Assembly: GCA_951406725.2 (NCBI GenBank)
Contig: OX597816.1
Span: forward strand, 65,906,001 to 65,970,000
Reading direction: 5' to 3'
Length of the DNA: 64,000 nucleotides
Origin: Octopus vulgaris
Lineage: Eukaryota
Shown here one piece after another: positions 36,711 through 51,118 of the stretch; position 1 is the first letter of the stretch, and the number at the start of each line of letters is the position of its first letter. The notes under the pieces were generated by a model, which saw nothing but the letters and a program-made list of their open reading frames with translations, did no database searches and had not been told where the DNA came from. A program made the position numbers and the translations under genes.

Positions 36711-37873
36711 TATCTCTCATCGTGAGATTTAAAAATAGTAATTTTCTAATTTATTAGAGTAAGTGTTGAGCAGTTCTTTTTCTTATTAGTTTCATTGCTA
36801 GCAACCTTTTGTGTGATATCTATAAAAAAATATGATAAACTTCTTTAGGGCTTTAATGGTTTAACAGAGTCTAGCATTATCTAAAATTATCTTTAATTCT
36901 CCTGTGTTTTCAAATTAATAGTCTAAACTTTTCATTTCACTCACAATAGTTGTTTTAGTGGAGCTATTTTTGTGTTACATATGTACAGCCATTCATTTAC
37001 AGTTTACAATTTTTATTGATACATGACTATAAAGTATGAATAAGTACTTATTTGTTAGCTATAATATGACTATAATATAATAATATAAGTATAATGTTAA
37101 CAATAATATAACTATAATTATTGAGTGCCATTGTTGTTAGTTTTTTATGAACCATTAGAGAATTAAACCAACTCAATATTTACACAAGTTCAACTTCAGT
37201 CTAACTTAAACAATTTTCATATTCTTACTATAATTATTAAACTTCATAAAAGATAATAATATTCTAAGAGTTAAAAATAAATACTGAACATAATCATTTG
37301 TTCATGAAAATGCTATAAAATAAATGTATTTTAATCAGGTTTTTAAAATTTAATGGAATAGAATTTGATAGACTTATGTATTTAAATTTCTTCATTCTTT
37401 TCTATTATTAATATAAAAGTTTGTGTATAATCACTTTTGGATGCAAAACCTTCTTGAAGATTTGGTTTTGAATATCATCATCTTTGCTGGAGAAAATATT
37501 AAATTGTATCAAAACTGAAAACTATAAAAAGAAGGAATGCATCAAAATAAATGCAACTTACACTAACTTTAGAATACATATTAATAAGATCCACTGTAAT
37601 AAATATACACGATTTAATACACTCCATAGTTGAAATATTTAGCATGACATTCTGTTTTTACCCTATAACATAAGTCTTAAAAAATGGGCTCACATAGTTT
37701 AAAATGTTCTCAAAGTTCTTCAGCTGATGAATTATTTACCGAAACAAAGAGCCTTTGGTATTTTATTATCTAAGCTTCTAGTTAGATGCAGTAAGAAGTT
37801 TGACACTGAATTCATTCAAATGAAGTGTTAAAATCTCTCACAGTAGACTAGTGCTTTTCTGTTAATTTTTTTT

Positions 37874-37921
<48 letters not shown>

Positions 37922-39660
37922 TCTTATGTTCTAGATGGAAAGCTGTTCACCATAGCTTGCCAGTATCTTTCACTTGTTGTTCAACTCTGCACGCTATTCT
38001 ATGGAGCTGTGTCATTATTATCACAATTTTTCACAGCACTCGTGCTTAATCTATAAATTGGTTCATCTGAAATTGAAAATCAAATATTTCCTTTATGTGT
38101 GTATTTATATATAGGTATGTATATGGGGAAAACATTAGTTCTAACTTTTTTTTTTTTTTTTATGTATTTTGAGAATTGCATTACTTCTATAAATTTACTT
38201 CCTAAGTAAAATTTTCTGAGAATTTTAACTCCCTGCTATTTCTGAAAAATAGATCAATAAAGATTTAATCTTCTTGACAGAAAATATAATGTATTGTGCC
38301 CCTGAGCAATGCACAGACTCTGCTTGCTTCAGTTTGACTGGCTGTCAACTAGTTCCACTCTGAATATTATAGGATATCCAGCTATAAAAAATAATTGCAG
38401 CAACAAGAGGCACAGACCCAAATTTTTAGCTTCCATACAACTAACACAAGTATGGAAATATTAATATAAATGGTAAAAATAAAGAATGGAATATTTATGT
38501 TATTAACAGTTTTGAAAAATATCAATATATATACGATAAGGTGGAGGTGATTAAGAAAGTTGGAAAATAGAAACATTGGATATTAGGCATTTTAAGTATG
38601 AATTTGTGACAAAAAAAGATCGAGAAGCCGACTAATGGGGCTTGAAGTCATGTATTTGTCTTTTGCTAGACATCCATGTTATAGCTGATTATATTAGAGG
38701 TTCCTATCATTCCTTCTTTCTGGCAAGTTGATAGATATGTGGTTCAAGAACTATCAGAGGGTCTGTTGGGTACTGATGATATCTAACATCATTTACATCA
38801 ACATTTTTGCTGTTAATGGAGTTGTTTCTTAATGCAAACATTAACCACAAGCAAGACCCTTTGCTGTATTGGACATTAGTAAAGTATCTTTTTTCTGTTA
38901 GTGATAAATTGTTCTGTTAAAATATCAGAAAAAGAAAACATTGTAGTACCTAATTTAAGAAGAGAAAATAACAGGTGATCCATAATTTAATCTTTAATGT
39001 GGTCACTTAACTAGCAATAGATACATGGCTCAGATCCTATCAGTCAATTCATACCTAATTCTTATTCAGAGAGAATGTAAAATAGCTTAATATATTATAA
39101 AAGATTGAGTTTTCTTATTCACTGACATTGTGACCAACATCTTTTATCTTGTCTTGATTCCCAGACATTCACACTGTTGTCCACTATGGTATATCATTTA
39201 GTTTTTTTAAAGACAAAACTCAGAGATGTGAGTGATACTCATGCTAGTTCTAAGGATAATTGATTATTAGACACATTATTATTATTGATTATTCGATACA
39301 TTAAGTTACATGATTTTTATGAGTGGCCATAATTTACACTTCAATAAAAATGGCTTATTATGTGCCTATAGCTATACACTTTAATAAAAAATTATTTAGT
39401 GAGTGACCATTCAAAAATGCTTTAATATTAGTTTGTATCTTAAATAATCAGCTGTATACATTTAGATTATGAACAACATTTAGAACAGAAACATCTCACA
39501 GTTTCTATTTTGGTTGTGATATTTTAATACTTTGAATTTGAATGAACTTAAATGTATTTGTAAAAAAAATATTCACCATTATAAATATTACAATGTATAC
39601 ATATGTGAGTACATGGCAAAATCATGTTATTATATTACTTTGATATGAATATATCAAAAT

Positions 39661-39980
39661 GAAGGCACATGGCTCAGTGGTTAGAGCATTGGGCTCACAA
39701 TCATGAGGTAGTGAGTTTGATTCAGGGTCTAGGCTGTGTGTTGTGTTCTTGAGCAAGACACTTTATTTCACACTGCTCCAGTCTACTCAGTTGTAGAAGT
39801 GAGTTGCAATGTCACTGGTGCCAATCTGTAATGGCCTTTGCCTTTCCCTTGGATAACACTAGTGATGTAGAGAGGGGAGGCTGGTTTGCACAAACAACAT
39901 TGCCCAGACTTGTGCCTCAGCTTGTAACTTTGTAGGTGCAATCCTATGCACAATCATGACTGAAGCAAAGTCCTTACCCT
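39661..39980 (+). mobile_element. tRNA-derived SINE
   Basis: Head gaaggcacatggctcagtggttagagc...gagtttgattc, followed by gtgttcttgagcaagacacttta. Confidence 0.75.
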
Positions 39981-39986
39981 TTATAT

Positions 39987-40020
<34 letters not shown>

Positions 40021-41189
40021 TCATCATCATCATCATCTATGCTGGCATGGGTTGCACAATTCCACAGAAACCAACAAGCCAGAAGACTGCACTGAGCGCA
40101 AATATTTGCTTTGGCATGGTTTCTAGAGCTGGATGCCCTTCCTAGTGTCAACCACTTTACAGGCAGTATTGAGTACTTTTTACATGAGGCCAACATGTAC
40201 TCATGAGACAAAATTTCTCAATTGAGTGGGGTATAGTACTGAAGAAGGTGAAAGTATGATAGAGGAACAGGTGTATTGCTGAAGAGGGGAAAATATGGCT
40301 TCTCCAGCTGGAGAGAGAGAAGGTGATGGTGTGCTCTCAAAGTGTAAGGTGAATATAAAAGAGAGAGATTAGGGATAGAGGAACAGAAAAAAGGTGGGTG
40401 GGTATGTAACTGCACTGGAGTATGCAAAGTGTGTGATAGATGATTAGAGATGGGAATGAGGTGGACACAGTGAATATCAGTTAAGGGGAGAGGAAGTGAA
40501 GGGAATAGGAATGGGCCAGGAGAAACATACAAAAGAGAGATAAAATATATTAAAGATGTAAAGTCAACTCTTTCTTATGTATAAATTGATAAAGATCATA
40601 CTAAGTGCACCATCAATTGCAAACTTAGAATTTTTCATTTTAGATAAGACACTGAGTCCACTCTACGGAGTGGTTGGTGTTAGGAAGTGCATCCAGCCAT
40701 AAAATCTCTGCCAAAACAGACACAGTAGCCTAAGGTAGTTTTTCTATCTGGCTGGCTCCTATCAACCGCCTACTCATGCATGCATGGAAGATGGGCATTA
40801 AACAACGATATGGTGGTGATGATAATTGCTTACATGGTTTTAAAGTTGTCTTTTTCTAATACAGTATTCCATACACTTTAATCACTTTAATTAAATATAT
40901 ACTTTCATTACATTTGTGAATATATTCTTTCATTTAATGTTTGGCTTTCATGCTAGCATAAGATAGATGGAAGGTTATTTGAGGCAAGATTCTTATGGCT
41001 TGATGCACTTTCTGTTGCCAGTTCTTAACTTCATTATCTCAAGCAAAGGATTTATTTTTTTCATTTTATTAGTTTTCAAAAGCACAGAGCAACCAGTCAT
41101 GATGTCAGCAAGAATTGTGAACACCATCATCATCATTTTGCTCATATATATATACATTTAATGTTTGCATTATTAATGCTGCTTATTAG

Positions 41190-41355
41190 TACACTGGGCA
41201 AAATGCTTAGTGGCATTTCATCCATCTTTACGTTCTGAGTTCAAATTCCACCAAGGTCAACTTTGCCTTTCATCCTTTCAGGGTCGATAAATTAAGTACA
41301 AGTTGAACACTTGCGTTAATGTAATCAACTGGTCCTCTCCCTCAAAATTTCAGGA
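41190..41355 (+). mobile_element. Meta-domain-like SINE, 5' eroded
   Basis: gagttcaaattccaccaaggtcaactttgcctttcatcctttcagggtcgataaattaagtac, as in the 3831 copy. Confidence 0.8.
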
Positions 41356-41764
41356 AGTATTATTAGTGTTGCTTATTATTTGAAATTTAATTTTGTTTCA
41401 TATGTGCTATGCAACAGCACATCAGCAAATAGATTTCACCCTGTCTGCATATATGTCCCAGAGTGGCAATTCAGTTCATTTCAAGGTGTGTCGAGTACAT
41501 AGTACCAAAGAGCTACAATGGTAGCAAAATATTGATAGCTATCATTCTTGCTCACCTGGTTTGGGATATTCAGTTTTCTTTAATACTCAGCATTGTGTAG
41601 GGAGCTTTCCTAGGATACTATCCTGGAGCAGATTGGCATATAAACAAAACACATAATCTATGCATGTGCAACCAGTAATGCATATATTATCAGAACAGCT
41701 TTTAATTTGAATTTTAAGATATATGATAATTATAAGAACAAGTGAAAAAAGAATGATTTCAAAT

Positions 41765-41966
41765 TTTGGCACAAGGCCAGCAAGATTGGAGGAGGGGCTG
41801 AATCAATTACATTAACTCCAGTGCTCAATTGGTACTTATTTAATCGACCCTGAAAGGATGAAAGGCAAACTCAATCTCGGCAGAATTTGAATTCAGAACA
41901 TAAAGATGGACAAAATGCCATTAAGCATTTTTCTTGACATGCTAATGATTCTGTCAGCTTGCCACC
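41765..41966 (-). mobile_element. Meta-domain-like SINE
   Basis: ggtacttattt.atcgaccctgaaaggatgaaaggcaaa...gaatttgaa is the reverse complement of the 3831 family core. Confidence 0.8.
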
Positions 41967-41968
41967 TT

Positions 41969-42014
41969 AATAATAATAATAATAATAATAATGATAATAA
42001 TGATAATAATGATA

Positions 42015-42063
<49 letters not shown>

Positions 42064-42167
42064 TAAAAATAATAATGATAATAATAATGATAAAAATAAT
42101 AATAATAATGATAATAATAACGATAAAAATAATAATGATAATAATGATAAGAATAATAATAATAATG

Positions 42168-42198
<31 letters not shown>

Positions 42199-42200
42199 TA
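41969..42200. repeat. (AAT)n/(GAT) trinucleotide microsatellite
   Basis: Directly visible; it explains the poly-N, poly-I and poly-Y ORFs. Confidence 0.97.
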
Positions 42201-42224
42201 AAAATGGTAGTTTCTTGAGTCTGA

Positions 42225-42610
42225 GAAAGACAATTGTGTTACATAGTCAACATCTGCCTGTGGATGCTCATGTGACTTCTTAGGCAAAGTCAGATGTGGT
42301 TGGGCAAAGAACACTACTTGTTGGGGTAGGAGTGGACACTTTTCTGTGTCTCTCATGGCTTTCCCTGAGGTGCTGCAGACACCATTTTGACTGGAAGTTG
42401 TTTGCTGCCTTGGAGCTTAGGTTGTGCCACTTGGTCTGGTCAACTGCAGTATGCACAAGATCATGGGGCTGGAGTTTGGCCCACTTTAAATTAGATGTAA
42501 GGTTGTCTTTATAGCTCACTGTAAAAGACATATCCAATGTGCTGCGTAGTAGAATTGAATACCAAACTGCAAGGTTATAAAATGAACTTCTTTATCAGAC
42601 AACCATTCCA
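42225..42610 (-). mobile_element. Decayed RTE-like LINE C-terminal fragment
   Basis: Minus ORF SYKDNLTSNLKW...AVDQTKWH resembles the RTE C-terminal R.KD.LK..LK...A.DR..WR motif. Confidence 0.55.
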
Positions 42611-43859
42611 TGCGTGTGTTATATGTTAAGGCATTACTGAAGAATTACTTCTTAGGCAGTGTGCTTTGGGCAAGTTAATCAGATGGACTCTATCATTCTT
42701 CAAGCTTCACTTACTGAAGAATTAAGCAATTTTAGTGTCTGGTGTACAAAGCTATCTTCAGCTAGTTTGACTAGAGGTTCAGAGTGTTTCATGGTCACAT
42801 TCAGGCAATGACCGATGAATTACCAACTATTCAGCTTGTAATCTGATATATAAATATACTTAGCCAATTGGAAAATCATATGTATGTGTCCTTCACATTT
42901 ATATTTCTCTAAACTCTAAGTATTTACCATCAACATCTACTAAACTTCATGGAGAGACCATTTTATGAATTTTCTTCTCACTCTGCAACCTCATTCAGAT
43001 TTTATCTTGCTTTAATTTTGTTTCTTAATTTCCTATTTTTTTCTCTTCTTTCTAGCTCTCTTTAGTGACATAGCCTCTATAGTTGGCAAATAGCTAAATA
43101 ATAAATGCACTGAATTCAGTTCTGCACTCACCCATTATTGTATTAATTGCTTAGCCTTTCCTTGGTGCAAGTACAAGATTTAAATAAAAAGAATGGATTG
43201 GCTTCCGTACAGATATCATCCATTATAAACAAATTCATGAATGTAATTCAACATGTACCACATTGCAAAAAAAAAAAAAATCATTGGGCCAATAAAGAGC
43301 CTCTACATGGTTGCTTGACTGTTAGAAATGGCAGCCAAATCTCTCACAAATTACACCCTACCATCTTAGAAAAGGACATGACAGAGAATGTGGTTTTGTG
43401 TTCCTGTCACTTGGAAATAAAGAAAGGTTAGTCACTGCTGAAGTGATTCTTGTCACTGGTCAGCTCAATCAGGGCTTATCTGGGGCTAAACAACAACCAA
43501 TATATTTGATGATGTCTGTAGACCGTACAAAATTATTTTACACACTGTTACTTTTATGGTTGGCATTGTTGGTCTGGTCTAAAAGGTTTTGTATTGCATG
43601 TAATATGTTGAGCACTCATGCATCACTTTCATCATTGAGTGTGTGTGTGTGTGATTTAGATCTGCTTAGCACAATATTTTGAGTACTGATAAAAGCTTGA
43701 CAAGTTACTATAGATTGATTCTCCAAGCAAACTAATATTTTCCCCTAGTCCAGACATGTTTTCATTAGAGTTTGGAAACAAACAGCTCTACTTAATATCA
43801 GTGATATTTATTTACTATTAGCATGTAATATCAAGGAAAGGAAACTGTAATATGCACAG

Positions 43860-43926
<67 letters not shown>

Positions 43927-44632
43927 TAGATAGATAGATATGCACATACACAACAGGCTTCCAGTTTCTGTTTAGCAAATTCATTCACAAAATATTGGTC
44001 AGCCCAGAGCTAAAGCAGAAGACACTTGCACAGGGTGCTGCTCCATGGGACTGAACCCCAAGCCATGTAGTTGCAAGCTAACTTTTTAAACATGAAGTGA
44101 AGAAACTAATACCTTAACCACACAGCTATGTCTACACCTCACTCGCTATCTCTATCTCTCTCTCTTCCTCTCTCTGTATATAAAAAGGAACATTAGTCTG
44201 TAATATGGTTATGTACACTATATATTTTGCAGTATATTGTCTTTCCATGTCTAAATGACAAGAACATATTATATATGATGGTACATGACTATATTTCAGA
44301 CAATGCTGCTTAATATGCCTTTAATATAAGTATGAACATATATTTATAGTTCATTCATTTTTCTATCCGTTTTTCTATGCTAGCATGGAGTAGTTGAATA
44401 TATATAGATAAGGCCATTTTTGGCAGTCTTTTCTTGTCACTAACACTTTTCCAGTTTGCAAGTAAGGGATCTATTATTCTACTCTTCTTCGGAAGTACAG
44501 AGAGTATCAGAAAAAGTTAGTTTTATTTTTGTATGTTTGTTTTAGTTTAGTTGTCTTTTTTGTTTTTTTGCTCAGAGCCTTACATGTGAAGTGGCAGGAT
44601 GTAAACATATACATGCTTGAGCACATACATTT

Positions 44633-44669
<37 letters not shown>

Positions 44670-44739
44670 TATATATAAAGCAGGCTTCCTTACAGTTTCT
44701 ATGTACCAATTTCACTCAGAATTTGCTCAAAACAGAAAA

Positions 44740-44909
44740 AAGCACCCACTACACTCTCAGAGTAGTTGGCGTTAGGAAGGGCATCCAGCTGTAGAAACTC
44801 TGCCAGATCAAGATTGAAGTCTGGTGCAGCCATCTGGTTCCCCAGCCCTCAGTCATTCATCCAACCCATGCTAGCATGGAAAGTGGACATTAAACGATGA
44901 TGATGATGA
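44740..44909 (+). mobile_element. SINE-like retroposon 3' part with (GAT)n tail
   Basis: gttggcgttaggaagggcatccagctgtagaaac...ttaaacgatgatgatgatg. Confidence 0.85.
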
Positions 44910-45478
44910 CACACGCATCCATACATATATATAAAGAGAGAGAGAAATAGATTGGTTGGCTACACCAAGCAACTAAGAACAAAATGAAATGCAAGGAAAA
45001 ACAGTCACCAAACACAAAAAACAGTATGCCTGTTCCACTAGAAACGTTAAAAGAAATAGTTCAAAACTGTTTTCAGTCCCTTATAGCAATCTCAATGTGA
45101 AAACAGATATGCCAGTATCAAGTGCACCTCCCCCTCCCACTCACCTATTCTGCTCATCTTGCCTATAACAGCAATAATCGAAACCCTCGGCCTCTTTGGT
45201 TCTCAGGACTGTGGGGCCTCTGGCTTTTCTCTGCTATCTGTGATGACACTCCCACGACAGCAGTTCTGTTTCTTCATATCAAGAGAGCTAAGAGACCCCA
45301 CAGTATTCATAGTTACTGATAACACAGTTCTAGGTTTTACTAGACATGAACAATCCTCTGCTTTTTACATAACATTTGTACCTGAAGTCCTTTTACACCG
45401 CACACCTGATAGTAGACTCCACTACTTTGAACTCCTCATTGATGACAATCAGTGACCTGTTAGCACTAGTATTGATGA

Positions 45479-45844
45479 TTAGCACTATGACCTGGCGTTG
45501 CCAGGTCATAGTGCTAGTGCATGCATATACAGCTGCGTGCATGCACACATACACACGAGTACTGTCCAAATCTCCGACCAATCACATACAGCTAGCTGGA
45601 ATTCAATTGGTGTAACAAGTTTTGGGCATTTTGATTGGGTTTTAGATAGAAAATTCACAAAAAAGTCACTTCTATTGATTTTTTAATGGCTTTGTGGGGT
45701 GACTGGGGAAATGTAAAGATGTGCACGACCACCCTTGGACGGTTTTGAATGACCATAGAAAGTGCGAGCCATCTAACTGAAAAATTGTGGATTTGTATAA
45801 AGGATACACACAGACAGACATTTTGCCGTTTATATATAGAGAGA
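45479..45844 (-). mobile_element. Non-autonomous Helitron-like element
   Basis: The minus strand reads A|TCTCTCTATATATAAACGG...acctggcaacgccaggtcatagtgCTAA|T. This gives a 5' TC, a 3' CTRR, a terminal hairpin, insertion in an AT dinucleotide and no target-site duplication. Confidence 0.75.
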
Positions 45845-47963
45845 TGTCCTGCACCTGTTGCATGAACAATAGCCATCATGATGTTTGACTACTGAGAATG
45901 ATTCTTTCTCTCAGCTACAGATGTCCTCCAGCCTTTTACCAACTTTGAATACAAAGTATTTAGTTGTATTCAAGAAGCTTGCAATCTCCAAGTCACCAAG
46001 GTTGGTGGCTTGGGTCACAAGTACAGCATACCGTTTCATTTTCTGTTGTCAGAATGAAATCTGTTGCAATGATGTTCTTCATACAGCTTAAAAGAAGAAA
46101 TAGGGAAGTTAAAACTGGGCGCATGTTGCGTAATATTGTTATGTTGGTTTTTATTTATCCTGCTAAAGTTTGCTTGGAAATACCCTCTGTCTGTTTGTGT
46201 GTGTGTGTATTAAGGTTTGGTTTTAAGTCAAGTTATAGATAAAAGCAATTGAACATTAAATGAAAGATTACTCAATACTTTTTAGTAGAGTTCATATTTA
46301 TTAACTTTTAACTTTGAAAAGGTTGACAGTGACATGTATGTTCTGGCTTTCTTGGTGAGCAAGCTTAAACTTCAAAGTCACTGCCAACCTATTCTGTATA
46401 AAAGTTTATATATCAAGGTGTTAGAAGTACAGTGGATCTTTGTAGTAGATCTCTTAAGAATAATTATTACATCTCTTCAGTTAGTTTCTTTTTAATGTAA
46501 CTAAATATTTATCTCCGGTGAAAATTAAACTTTAATAATAATATAATGTCAGGCTGCCATAAAATATTTGCATGAAATTCAATCACAAATAGTAAAATTC
46601 TGTTTTGGACAATTTTATTGTTTCATTAACAAATTCTTTGAATAATATGATTCACCATTCTATTTCTCTGGAATGCTTTCTGGTTCCCCCGTCTTGTATG
46701 TGAAGCACATATTGTGATATAACTTCTATGCACGTTGATGAACCTCTTTTTTAAATTTTCAGCCTAAATAGTAAGTAATTAGTATTGTATCGAAAAAAAT
46801 GTTTCACATTAATTCAAAAACTTTATTTCTTTATATTTTGTTAAATTTTAATTTCATAGTTAGAAGTATTATTCTGTACATATTTGAATCTAGTCACTGT
46901 TACATCATTTACAATATTTTCTGAATAATAAAATCTTGTTACTGAAGAATTATTTGTTCTAATTTAAAGTAATTTTCTATAATTAATTACCGAGCTTAAT
47001 TCAAAATATACATTGATATCAACCACTTAAATATTTTCTTCGACATCTTCATCCCTTTTATTCCTTATTAACATTCATCTCTTAATGTTTAAATGATTTG
47101 AAGAAGTGTACAAACACAGTATTAGCCTGCCAGAGCTCATGGAATTATATTTGTCAAATACTTATATTTAATTTTCATTGCATAAACCTTATAATGTAAA
47201 CATCCTTTACATCCAAGCAAATTTAAATACTTTTCAGTATTTGCTACTATTATTTCTCTTGAAATTTTGAAGAAAAATGATGTATTCTCAGTATTTGTCT
47301 AAGATTTATATTAATTACTGCTTTACTCAACTCAAGGCTTTGTTTTAGATGCAATTCTAAATTTTCCATAAATAAAATTTATATAATATCTTTATAAAGT
47401 GCATTGAAATCATAAATCTAGAAATTTATCCTAAATATTTCATTTTAACAAGAAAAAAGTGTGATAGGGATTCAAATATCTGAAAGTTTTATAAATGTAT
47501 TTTATTTGAATTGTTTTCAAGTAATTTTGTTGACTAAGTTATAATTGTGTATAATTTAGAATTACTGAATAAACCAATATCTATAAATGAATGAGAAGTT
47601 ATACTTTTGTACTCTGTTATTCAAATAACATACTAAGAACTTCAGTTGCTCATTCAGTTGTTGAAATTCATGTAACTGATTTATATAATGATATCATGTT
47701 AAATTATGATGGTTTTTAAAATCTAAGACCATATTCTAATCTTGATTTATTTATCCCTAAAAGAAATGCCTTATTGGGCTTTTTAAGAGAGGTATATTTT
47801 CATAATGTATGTACCAAACAATTGATAATTGTTCTGTAATATAAGTTTTCTAATAGTTAGATCTTTTAGGCCGTTTTTATACCCATCAAATTGTTTTTCA
47901 ATTATATTTCTCACTGAACTTGTCTTCATATTTTTCATTTCATGTTTGTTGTTGTCTTTTTAG

Positions 47964-48075
47964 CATCCTGTAACATGGCAGCGATCTGCTAATGGACGCT
48001 ATTACATTGGTCACATGATCTTGAAGAAGACAGTTCTTGAAGGAACTGGTTCCAGAGATTCTAGTGCAATTTTAG
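47964..48075 (+). CDS. RIM: RIM exon encoding the start of the PDZ domain (HPVTWQRSANGRYYIGHMILKKTVLEGTGSRDSSAILG)
   Basis: ttttag| acceptor and |gtaag donor; 112 nt, phase 0->1. It matches the RIM PDZ N-terminus HPVTWQPS..G..LIG..IL.K......RDS.A.LG. It is not in the ORF track. Confidence 0.95.
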
Positions 48076-51050
48076 GTAAGAATTTAAACCTCTGTAAGTT
48101 TTAAATATTCTATTTATCTTTTCTGGGTATTAAAAGATAGTTTAAAATTTACATTTTCTTTAAAAGCATCTAAATTTCAGTGAAAAATTTCATCATTTCT
48201 GTTTTTTTGATGGGGTTTTGCCATTTGGATTATAAGATAGTAGAAATATTAGTCCTCTTTAAAATATGTAGAATATTTAATATAACACATTATAGAAGTA
48301 TAGTAACTAGCACTACAAGATATTTTCTTTCAAGCTATTCTTTCAAACACAAAGATAGTATGAAATTTATATTTTTTTTATAAATATAATGGTTTTAAGG
48401 AAAAATTTCCTTTAGTTTAAAATCAAAGTGTGGTGAACATTTTTCCTTTGAAGTGTCATTGTATTATCTCTATCTCTTTAAAAATATAAGAGTTTGTAAA
48501 ATTTTTATTTGAAAGGCATATTGATGTGCTTTTGCTAATCTTATAGTCTAGTATTTTATTTATTTTACAATAGTAATTTCTTAATATAAGAAATAAGTAA
48601 GTTTATTTTTTCTTATTTAATTTTTCACATAGCATTTAACAGATACCTCTTTCATTTAGCCTACAGTTTTCTTTTTTTTTTTTTTATTAATAATTAAATG
48701 TTTTCTTTTCCTAACCTTATAATCTGAAATGTAAACTTTATACCTATGGTATCTTTTTGTTTATTCTTTTTCTTTCCATTGATATAAGGCTTAAAATGCC
48801 TATTATTTTTCTTAAATCTTTATTATAACAAACTACTGAAAATGTTAATGAAAAAATATTTCTTTATATTATAAAAGAGTATTAAAGCTGCAATTATATT
48901 TTGTCATTTATAGTATCAACTTGTACTTTCAACCTTCAGGAGTTGATAATATAAGTACTAATAAGACACTGGCATTAATTAAATTGACTATATTCTTTGT
49001 TTTAAACATTAGCCTAGTTCTTCATCGAAAGAATCTATTATATTTTTTTTTATTTATTCAGTAACTTTGGACTAACATTTTCAGTCATATAAATACTAGC
49101 ATGTATGCTTATTTAGTAACAGTTTGTTATCAGTACATACAAAGTATCTGTCAGAGAATTTTTGGAAACTTATAATTACACAATACAATATATAAATCTG
49201 ATTATAATACCATAAAAATATGAGGCTACTACACTAATATTTCTATTTTATACAATTTTATTAGACTTCATTTGAGGAAACCTATCTCCACTAAGCAATC
49301 AAATGGACTTGCATTTACATATCTCATCATGGCCAAATTTGTATCCTGGACAAATGAATGATATATATATATATATATATCTGTTTGGATACCTGCGAGA
49401 AATTCTGCTATGGAGTGTAGCTTCTCTATGGTCCCTCAATCTGTGAGAAATGGCAACCAAATCGCCATCAGAACAGATCCTATCATTAAAATAAAAGTTG
49501 GAGAGGACTGAAGGTAGTCAATAAATGTAGCACTAGGTACATTTTATCTCAAAAAGATGAGATAGTCATGGATGGGGTTCTTTTCACCATAGGTTTGCTC
49601 GACCATTGGATATCTAGGGGCTAAACAACACACACACACATACATGCACACAAAACTCACTTATATGCACTCATACACACAGTAAACAAATATAGCAGCT
49701 TAAAATTTTGCTCAAATTATTTTCTAAATATGGGTGGAAAAATTTAAGTTAGTTACACATACTGTTTGAATTTATGTCTCGTGGCTCTTTGTTTTGTTTT
49801 TTGTTTATTTTGTTTCTTTTTTCAATATTAATGCCATAAACATTAAATAGATAGTAAAAATATATATAATTGGTAAGATTTCAATTATGATACATGGCTA
49901 ATTTGGTCAGTAATTCATCTCGCATGTTGCGTTTGTTTATATTTTATGAATTTTGGGGAGTGAATTGGAAGCGTTTCTTTGTAGGAATCAGTGTTTAATC
50001 TCATTTCCAGGAAATAATTTTAAAAATACAAACAAGAAAGTATGTATATACTAAGAATTATATCCCATCACCATTTACCAAAAAAATATCAAATACCTTA
50101 AAATTTCATTTGAGCTGTTTTATCCACATTTAGTCTCAAGCCATCAATCAGTATTTGAAATATTTCATCAGGAATTATCATATTATATATATATATATTC
50201 ATAATTTAGTATTTCAGCAAAGAAAAAAATAATAATAAACGATATATTTTTTGTGTTTTAAAACCCATTGAATTAATGTTTTTTTTTTTTTTTTTTTTAG
50301 CAACACATTTATTTACATTATCAATACTACATTGCAATTGTTTATTTAGTAACATAGTAACTGAAGCATAAAATCCTACAATGTTTTATTGTCTTCACTT
50401 ATGAAGTGCTTTGATTATTATTTTCAGGAATGAAAGGCTTAGATGTTTATATTGCTTTAAATATATTCTTCTGGACACACTGCTGCTGACAGCCAGTGGG
50501 AGTCTATTGTTCAGTTAGTTACCAGTTCTCTATTGTAAATTTCATACACTTCTTTCCCACCACTATTCACAACATTCAAGGAAATAATCATAGGCTTATG
50601 TAAAGCCATTTCATTTATGTTAAATGATTACCCTGGATTATCATTTCCCTTGTATTCAACTGTTTCACATCATCCATCTTTTTACATATACATATTATGC
50701 ATACATACATATATATGTATGCATACATCTATGTATAGTATATATATACACACACATACACGTATAATACAGATATTAAACCTGTATTGTAATGACAGCC
50801 CTTGTTTAAAATTTTTGAATACCTGCATTCATACCATCGCCACCCATCTTCATTTTCATCATAACTGTTGCTTTATGATATTAGACACGTGTGTGTGTGT
50901 GTGTGTACACAAGTATATGTTTGTGTTTGTATATGTGTGTGTCTGTTTGAAGGGAGGAAGTAAATTAAATAAAAGTAAGAAAACTGCAAAAAACATCAGT
51001 AGTTAGGAAACATTTATTTCAAACCATTATGTGCCTCATATATTCATGTG

Positions 51051-51118
<68 letters not shown>

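Noticed and set aside
41906-42356. Poly-Asn, poly-Ile and poly-Tyr ORFs
   Set aside because: (AAT)n microsatellite artefacts.
50428-50490. ttttcag|gaatgaaaggc acceptor-like site that would read GMKG...
   Set aside because: The frame reaches a stop with no suitable donor and shows no PDZ similarity.
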